Below are positions 57,601 through 64,000 of a DNA stretch of 64,000 nt, in pieces (within the stretch, counting starts at the first letter, position 1; each line of letters starts with the position of its first letter). The stretch is taken from the IMG/VR virus record IMGVR_UViG_3300010389_000001, positions 32,211 through 96,210 of that record; one strand, written 5' to 3'. Position numbers and translations under genes: made by a program. Source of the stretch: a virus. Below the pieces are notes generated by a model. It searched no databases. It saw only the letters and a list, made by a program, of their open reading frames with translations, and was not told the origin of the DNA.

Positions 57601-60600
57601 AGGAGTTGAGAGATCAAGTTAATTTCTTAAATGAAGAACGAGAGCGCTTAATCAAGAAGCTTGAAAAGATCGAAAATCTTTCTCGGTACGCTTGGGAACA
57701 AGTTAGCAGAAATCCGGAAGAAGCAGTAGAGCTTTTTAGAATGATAAACTTTGAGAGTAAGTGATGAACGATTATTTTGAAGATCTATCTTACGAACTAA
57801 GAGAAGAGGTTAGCGATCTAAAAGAACAACTTGGCGCTCTAAAGTCTATTATTCGCCAAACCTACAAGGCGATTGGCTGCTCTGACGATATTATCGAAGG
57901 AGAAGATTGGGGAGGTTTGCCTTCAAGGGTTGCTTGTCTCAAAGCGGCTGTTGACCTATCGATTCAGCGAGGAAAGGAAGCTGAGAAAAATCTTGAGATC
58001 TATCGACGGATTGATCAGTTGGAGTCAATTGTAGAGTCTGTGCTTGATGATAGAGATATTGAGGACTCTTACTACGTTTTGAAAACAGACTATGACGCCT
58101 ATCAAGAAGAGCATTACGCGATCAAGCACGACCGTCCTCACAAGGAAGTAGGAAGAGGAAGGGCGGCGAAGGTTCATAGAGTTCCAACTGCTGACGAGAT
58201 GGTTGCGTCTCAACAAATGACAGCACCAACAAGGCTGGAAATTGAATGGAGAAACATTCAAAAGGTGAATGAGAATGAGTAACTATCAACTATTGCAAAA
58301 ACTCAAAAAAGCGTTTGAAAAAGCCAAGAAGACCGACCGTTCTTTTGAAAGAGCCCTGCATTTCAGAGGGGATATGTTCAGACTTGAAGAAGAGTTGTTT
58401 GAAGCACTCGGAGCAAAAGACACCTCAAAGTGGTATGACTGCGCTCATTGTGATGCCGGATACCCAGACCAAGAATGTACTTGTGAGAACGAAGAATGAA
58501 ATGGCTCTTTGCACACTTTATATTTCTGCCCTTTATTTGGATCATGGATAAGCTTGGAATTAGGCCATAGGTGAAAGATGACACGTAGAGAAATTATTTG
58601 TGTGATTACTGGTGCTTTAATTGTGGTAGTCCCACAGTGGATCAGCGTACTTTGTCAATTGATATTGTCGTAAAGGAGAGCAAAAAAAATGAAAAAGTGG
58701 GCAGTTTATCAATCGCGTTCAAAGTATGATCTCTCAAAAGGTTTTCGTAAGAATCCAAAAGGTTATGTGATTGCGGAGACTGAGGACGAAGCACACGTTG
58801 AAGTGGGCAAATATATTTTTATTCCAGATGGCTATTGGGCCAAAGTTGTCGAGGTGGAAGAATGAAGGTTCGCATTGACTACTCACACTACGTTATTGTA
58901 GATGTGCCGGACAGTATCATTAAACAAGATGAGAACGGATATTATGGCGATTTGCCATTTGAGTTTGATGAAATGTTTGAAGTTCTAAAGGCCCATGTCC
59001 CAGAGGGGGCAGAGGTAGAGGGTTGGGAATATCCAGACTTGTTGCCAGAGGGTGGAGAATGAAGGATGGTGATTTCTACAAATTTAACTATGACTTCAAG
59101 CCATTTGTTACTTTTTTTCAGTCAAAAGTCGCGAATCCTGACGCGATCTTTCTGTACTTGTTTAACAACAGGTTTCGTGTGAATTATACACATAATAAGT
59201 CCGAAACAAGAGAGACAGGCTTTTACTTTCATGTCTTTATGCCAGAAAGCTGGTACTTACAGGTCTGTTTTTGCAATCACAACTTTGGATTTACTTGGTA
59301 AGGAGAGCGAAGAATGAATGGTAGTATTAACGTAACCCATCACCCGGAACATAACTTCACAATTTATCGTGGAAATTCTGGCACAGGCAAAACAGCGCTA
59401 TTGGCAGGTCGAGCAACTCAAGCAAATTGGCATGGCAAAAAGGTGCTGTGGCTTTCTACTGATATTGCAAACGATCACATTCGTAACATTGCAACTGATT
59501 GCATTAGGGTTTATGATCTGTCAACACTGCGTCAAATTATGGACAGCGATCAGTTTCATCTTTATGATATGGTTGTATTCGATGATATTGGGCGATTGGA
59601 CGTTCCCATGGATATGCTAAGTGCTCAGTGCATTGCAGACTTTCGCAGTCGCAACAAAAGGGATGGGCAAGTTCGATTGTGCTCGCTCACGGTGAGGAAA
59701 ATGTAATGAATTATTATGTAGAAGAAGAGGCCAGTAAGGCTGGCTATAGGCCTATTGAACAAGATGAGTGGGAAGAAGTTGTTTCAGAGGGCTTTATTTA
59801 CAATGATGTAACCAAGGTAGGGTTTAGGCGATACAGAATTGTTGAATTAAATGAGCGATGGTATTGCTGGGTTACTGAACCCCGTTATGCTCAGCCTGCT
59901 GATCCTAAAACATGGCACACTTGCTGGGAAATTGATTCAAAGATTGAGATTAGCATAGAAGGCTTTCAGCGCTATCGAAATTTTTTTATTGAGATAGAAC
60001 AGCTTATTAGTGATAAATAACGAGGTCATTGTGAATTTTTCCGTAGAAGAAGAAGTCCGCTCCCTTATATTAGGTGAGCGATTTGCTGGTGAGTTTCAGG
60101 GCGTCTCTTACGAGGTAAAGATTTGTTGGAGCGAAGACTGGACCGTAAACGTTGACCTGTTAAAATTTAAACCGCGCATGGGTTCGCACACACATTTCTG
60201 GCTGAGTAAAATTACAAACGTGATTATCGAAGAAGTTCTTTACGATGCTATCTACGAACTTCCAGAAGTAGTAGATTTTCAAAAGCGGATTGATGCTATG
60301 CGAGATGTTGATGAAGATGTTTTGGATAGCATTATTGAAAAGGTGGAGAACGAAGAATGAAACCACCTGACCTGACTCTTTTAATCATGGAACTCAGAGA
60401 AGCATTTAGAGAAGCCAAGAAGTCTGATCGCTCTTTTGAAAGAGCCCTGCACTTTAGGGCTGCTATGTTTCAACTTGAAGAAGAGTTGTTTTTATTTCTT
60501 GAATCTATGGAGAATGAAGAATGAAAAAGGTATCTGCAACAATTACTATTGATGTTGCTGCATGGGTAAAGGACAACTATGATACTGATGAGCTTATCCA

Positions 60601-61859
60601 ATATCTCAAGTGCTACTATGATGGCGCTGTGCCAGATGGCTGGCTCCATGAGATTGAGGAGTTGGAAGGCAAGCAAACAGTATCTAATGTTGTAGTGGAG
60701 AACGAAGAATGACTAAAATGAAGAAGAAAAACAGAATGGGAGCACAGACAGAAGAATACATTTTTATTCTAAAGCACCAAAAAACGATGGGCGAGGACGA
60801 TCAATTTTTCTGTGTTCAAGTGCAAATTGAAGGCGGTCGACCTGACTATGTCCAAGAGATTATTGACAGTGTAATAGAAGACTTAGAGGCTAAGCATAAC
60901 GCATCCGTTCTCTATTGCACAAATCTAAACTGTGTAGAATATTATCGTGCAGAAACAGGCATTAGATTAATTGAAATGTAAAGCGTAGGGAGTAAAGAAT
61001 GAAAGTCGGCGATACTGTAAGGCACATTCCGCTTTCAAACGGCGCCTCTCTGGGTAACGGAGAAGTCCTGAGAGTCGGAAGTGATAAGGTCGAACATGAT
61101 GTAGTTCTCGTAAACTTTTATGATTACGATGGGAAGCTGCCAGTTCGATGGATGCTCCCAGAGACCATTGAGTTGGTAGACAGTCAGCGCAATGATTGAA
61201 GAAGAGGAGATTGAGGCGGCTCTAATATTGCTCGAAAGATCTAATGATGTAAGAGTTAGGGATAGAATAGCAATGGATCTTTGCGAAATGCAGGTCGAAG
61301 AGATAGTCCCTGTTCTAACGAGGGTGTTGCCCCAGCAAAGAGTTATTGGAAAGAGGTCCACGCTGATTTATGCTCTAGGAAAAATTGAGAGAAAAGAAGC
61401 ATTTACTCCAGAGATTATCTCAGTCCTTCGGTACATCGATGAAACTGACGAAGGTGGAGCCGGCGCTGAAGCTGAGATTATCCTAAAAAGACTGCGTGAG
61501 GATAAAGAATGAATGAAAATCTAAGTAAGATGTACCGCTACTTAAGAGAACATAAAGTCATTGGCGAAGAGCAACTCAGAGAGCTTGAGTCGATGGGTAT
61601 GATTCCAAGAGACAAGCTTAAGGACAGAGCCTATTACAGAGGCATCTGCCGAAACACCAGCATTGCTATGTGGGTGGAAAGTCCAGGCTGGCCTTCAAAG
61701 GATGAATTGCCCTCCCCAAATCTAGACAGAGGGCCTTGCTTTTATCATATGAGGGAGAAGGCAAATGTAATCTATGTAGAAACGATTAACCATCCAGCCG
61801 ATGATGATGGCTTTGATCTTTTTATTCCGGTTGAAGAATTGTTGCCATATGATGAATAA
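54662..61859 (+). CDS. array of about 25 small hypothetical ORFs
   Basis: Back-to-back short + strand ORFs (e.g. 54662, 54958, 55278, 55501, 55878, 56165, 56745, 57047, 57543, 57761, 58275, 59314, 60010, 60357, 60521, 60709, 60999, 61192, 61509), most with 1-4 nt stop/start overlaps. Confidence 0.65.
59314..59706 (+). CDS. short P-loop NTPase-like protein
   Basis: GNSGTGKT Walker A; MVVFDD Walker B. Confidence 0.6.
   Translation: MNGSINVTHHPEHNFTIYRGNSGTGKTALLAGRATQANWHGKKVLWLSTDIANDHIRNIATDCIRVYDLSTLRQIMDSDQFHLYDMVVFDDIGRLDVPMDMLSAQCIADFRSRNKRDGQVRLCSLTVRKM
61192..61512 (+). CDS. HEAT-repeat protein
   Basis: VRDRIAMDL...VPVL...LIYALGKI. Confidence 0.55.
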   Translation: MIEEEEIEAALILLERSNDVRVRDRIAMDLCEMQVEEIVPVLTRVLPQQRVIGKRSTLIYALGKIERKEAFTPEIISVLRYIDETDEGGAGAEAEIILKRLREDKE

Positions 61860-62014
61860 ATATTATATTGAAAAATATAGTTGCTTAAAACAAAAGATTT
61901 CATATTAAAATCTATCACCTTATTACTTTTTGAGCATGGGATAAGAAAAGGCTTTCTGACGAAGAAGGCTTCAAAGAGGGCGGAAAAAGTTATTCAGACT
62001 ATTAGGAGCAAGGT

Positions 62015-62599
62015 ATGAAGCCGGAGCTAGACGAAAAGCTGGTAAAAGCTTTTCCAAATCTTTACTCAGATCGTTATATTGGAAATAAGTCTAGCGGAAT
62101 GCGCTGGGGCTTTTCTTGCGGAGATGGATGGTTGGATATCATCTGGGATTTAAGCTCAAAGCTTGAAAAGATAATAGAAGATTATATTCAAGAAAATCCA
62201 GATATGTCTTGTGCAAATTGCGCTTGTTCTAAAGCTAAGCACTATGGCTCAAAGACTATTTCTCCCGGTAGGTGTCTTTCGATTCATATAGACCCAGAAT
62301 CAGAAGGAGAGCCTCCAGAAAATTATTATGCTTGTTTCTGCGATAAGTACAGGGGAGATTACCCAAGGGCGCTACAAGTAAAGGAGAAGTTTGGTGGCTT
62401 AAGATTTTATATGACATCAGCAAGTGATCAAATATATGATCTTATTCGAAAGGCAGAAGAAGAATCGTATTCAACTTGCGAATATTGCGGAAGCAATGGA
62501 GAGCTAAGGGATACTCGCTGGAGGAGAACCCTTTGTGATGACTGCTATTCAGAGCAGCTTGGGGTGCAAGCCTCTGATGATGGCATAACTGTTAGGTGA
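62015..62599 (+). CDS. Cys-rich phage protein
   Basis: CGDGW...QVKEKFGGLRFY...TCEYCG...TLCDDC motif set, familiar from phage hypotheticals. Confidence 0.7.
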   Translation: MKPELDEKLVKAFPNLYSDRYIGNKSSGMRWGFSCGDGWLDIIWDLSSKLEKIIEDYIQENPDMSCANCACSKAKHYGSKTISPGRCLSIHIDPESEGEPPENYYACFCDKYRGDYPRALQVKEKFGGLRFYMTSASDQIYDLIRKAEEESYSTCEYCGSNGELRDTRWRRTLCDDCYSEQLGVQASDDGITVR

Positions 62600-62605
62600 C
62601 CGATC

Positions 62606-63103
62606 ATGGAAGATGACGTTATAAGAATAGCTTTTTATAAAAATGGAAGAGGCCTAGTCCATAACGTTGTTAGGTGGTATACGAATAGCAAATATTCACA
62701 TGCAGAGTTGATTATGCCAGATGGCACAACTTGGATTACAATAAGTCCATTTTATAATTCAAGAGTTACTCCAAGAATTGTAAGCGAATATGATGAAGAT
62801 AAATGGGACTTTATAGATCTTCCGCTAAGTCAGAGAGATCCCGTTAGAGAATACCAAAAAATAAACTTGGTTAAATTTATAGAGGATACTTCTGGAGATA
62901 GATACGACTGGCCGGGTATGTTGCTTTCAAATCTAACTCCCTTTAAAGTTCGTAGGGCAAACAGGTGGTATTGTTCCGAATGGATTGCTTACGCCCTTAT
63001 ATACTCCAGAATAATAATGTGGGATGAAATAAAAATGTACAACGCACCGGACATGAGTCCCGGAAGGTTGCACGGTCTATTGAATTCTCTAACCGCCAAG
63101 TAA
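62606..63103 (+). CDS. permuted papain-like (YiiX/YebB, NlpC/P60-related) protein
   Basis: YSHAEL, RYDW, WYCSEWIA, SPG. Confidence 0.7.
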   Translation: MEDDVIRIAFYKNGRGLVHNVVRWYTNSKYSHAELIMPDGTTWITISPFYNSRVTPRIVSEYDEDKWDFIDLPLSQRDPVREYQKINLVKFIEDTSGDRYDWPGMLLSNLTPFKVRRANRWYCSEWIAYALIYSRIIMWDEIKMYNAPDMSPGRLHGLLNSLTAK

Positions 63104-63352
63104 CGGTTGTCAAAGTTAATTCTGAACGAGGCAAAAAAATATGATAACCAATAACTAATGGGGTAAGATAAGGTGTTGACTAACATCGCCATGTGTTTAC
63201 TATGGTTTTGGCCAAGGGGCCGAGAGCAAAAAAATCGGGCAAAAGGTTTACATAAATACCGGCGCTTTTTAAGAAGCCGCGCGATAATGCGACAGTATTA
63301 AAAAAATATTGATAATTATAGATAAATAAAGTATATATAAGATGAAGGTAAT

Positions 63353-63676
63353 ATGGATTTTGTTGATCTTGTAATATTCCTCCTGGTATCAGCCGGGGCA
63401 ACTTCTGGAGTTGTAGGAAGCTCGCTTCTTGAGCCGGTAAGATTTTTTATATTTTCTAGATCAGATTTTCTAAAAGAACTTTTGAGCTGCCCAATGTGTA
63501 CCGGACTTTGGGTTGGAGTATTCTTTTCTGCCTTCTTTGGCATGAATCCCGTGTATGCCGGCTTGTCCTCAAGTCTAGTTAGTTGGCTTGCATATTCTTT
63601 TGCTGATGCATTAAACACGGTTACTTTTTATTTTGAAACATTAATTGAAAAAGAGGAATCAGATAGCGATGACTAA
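63353..63676 (+). CDS. DUF1360-like membrane protein
   Basis: ELLSCPMCTGLW between hydrophobic helices. Confidence 0.65.
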   Translation: MDFVDLVIFLLVSAGATSGVVGSSLLEPVRFFIFSRSDFLKELLSCPMCTGLWVGVFFSAFFGMNPVYAGLSSSLVSWLAYSFADALNTVTFYFETLIEKEESDSDD

Positions 63677-64000
63677 AGATGGAAACCTAAAGGCAGAGGC
63701 GGTCAGAATATCAGTTCCAGGCAGAGTCTGGGATTTGCTGTGGAGGGACGATGAGTTTTACAGAGAAGTTTCTTCAAACAAAAAGGTATCCTCGTCTGGA
63801 AAGTTCCCTAGATGCGACCAATGGTGCGATTCAGATGGCTTTCATATGGCCTTCGCATTAGCCGGATACAGCCCTGGCGATATTAGCATTAACGTTCGTG
63901 GTAACGAGGTAGAAATTAGGGGCTTTTGCGAAAAGCTCGGAGAAGCACTCGGCGATTCTAGTGATCGATCCGTGCCTTCGGATGAAGAGGACTATCCGGC
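63669..64000 (+). CDS. small heat-shock protein (Hsp20/IbpA-like), runs off the window end
   Basis: Hand translation ...KFPRCDQW..DGFHMAFALAGYSPGDISINVRGNEVEIRG. Confidence 0.7.
   Translation, partial: MTKDGNLKAEAVRISVPGRVWDLLWRDDEFYREVSSNKKVSSSGKFPRCDQWCDSDGFHMAFALAGYSPGDISINVRGNEVEIRGFCEKLGEALGDSSDRSVPSDEEDYP

Noticed and set aside
53328..61512. CRISPR array or integron attC cassettes
   Set aside because: The repeats are only about 15 nt, irregularly spaced by whole ORFs and not palindromic; no cas or integrase gene is seen.

Overview
This window looks like 64 kb of a large (jumbo-type) dsDNA bacteriophage genome. It is densely packed, mostly + strand and uses the standard genetic code; no capsid, terminase or polymerase gene is recognisable here. 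It carries translation functions (lysS, tilS, a SpoU/TrmH methylase, tmRNA, tRNAs, a nucleotidyltransferase), nucleotide and nitrogen metabolism genes (purA, guaB-like, asnB, glutamine synthetase II), repair and replication accessories (ATP-dependent ligase, uvsE, 5'-3' exonuclease), an RpoH-like sigma factor, GroEL, an Hsp20, a MoxR-like AAA/VWA pair, an M16 peptidase and a long run of small ORFs (about 52-62 kb). The most notable observations are: (1) a conserved ~30-aa module (consensus MLKDLIKLANxLDxxGLxKEADxLDxIIxKxA) on about 14 otherwise unrelated proteins, mostly behind a shared CTA(A/T)TAAT-type motif, which suggests a virion-targeting leader system; (2) purA interrupted inside its P-loop by a 13-nt stop-containing hairpin between two Gly codons, resembling a translational-bypass element, behind a pseudoknot-like leader; (3) three atypical tRNA or tRNA-like genes, including a 122-nt CCA-ending RNA with its own near-consensus sigma70 promoter; (4) two distinct recurring promoter-like motifs, a repeated operator-like 16-mer and an origin-like non-coding region. 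All function calls come from reading motifs by eye; no database search was run.
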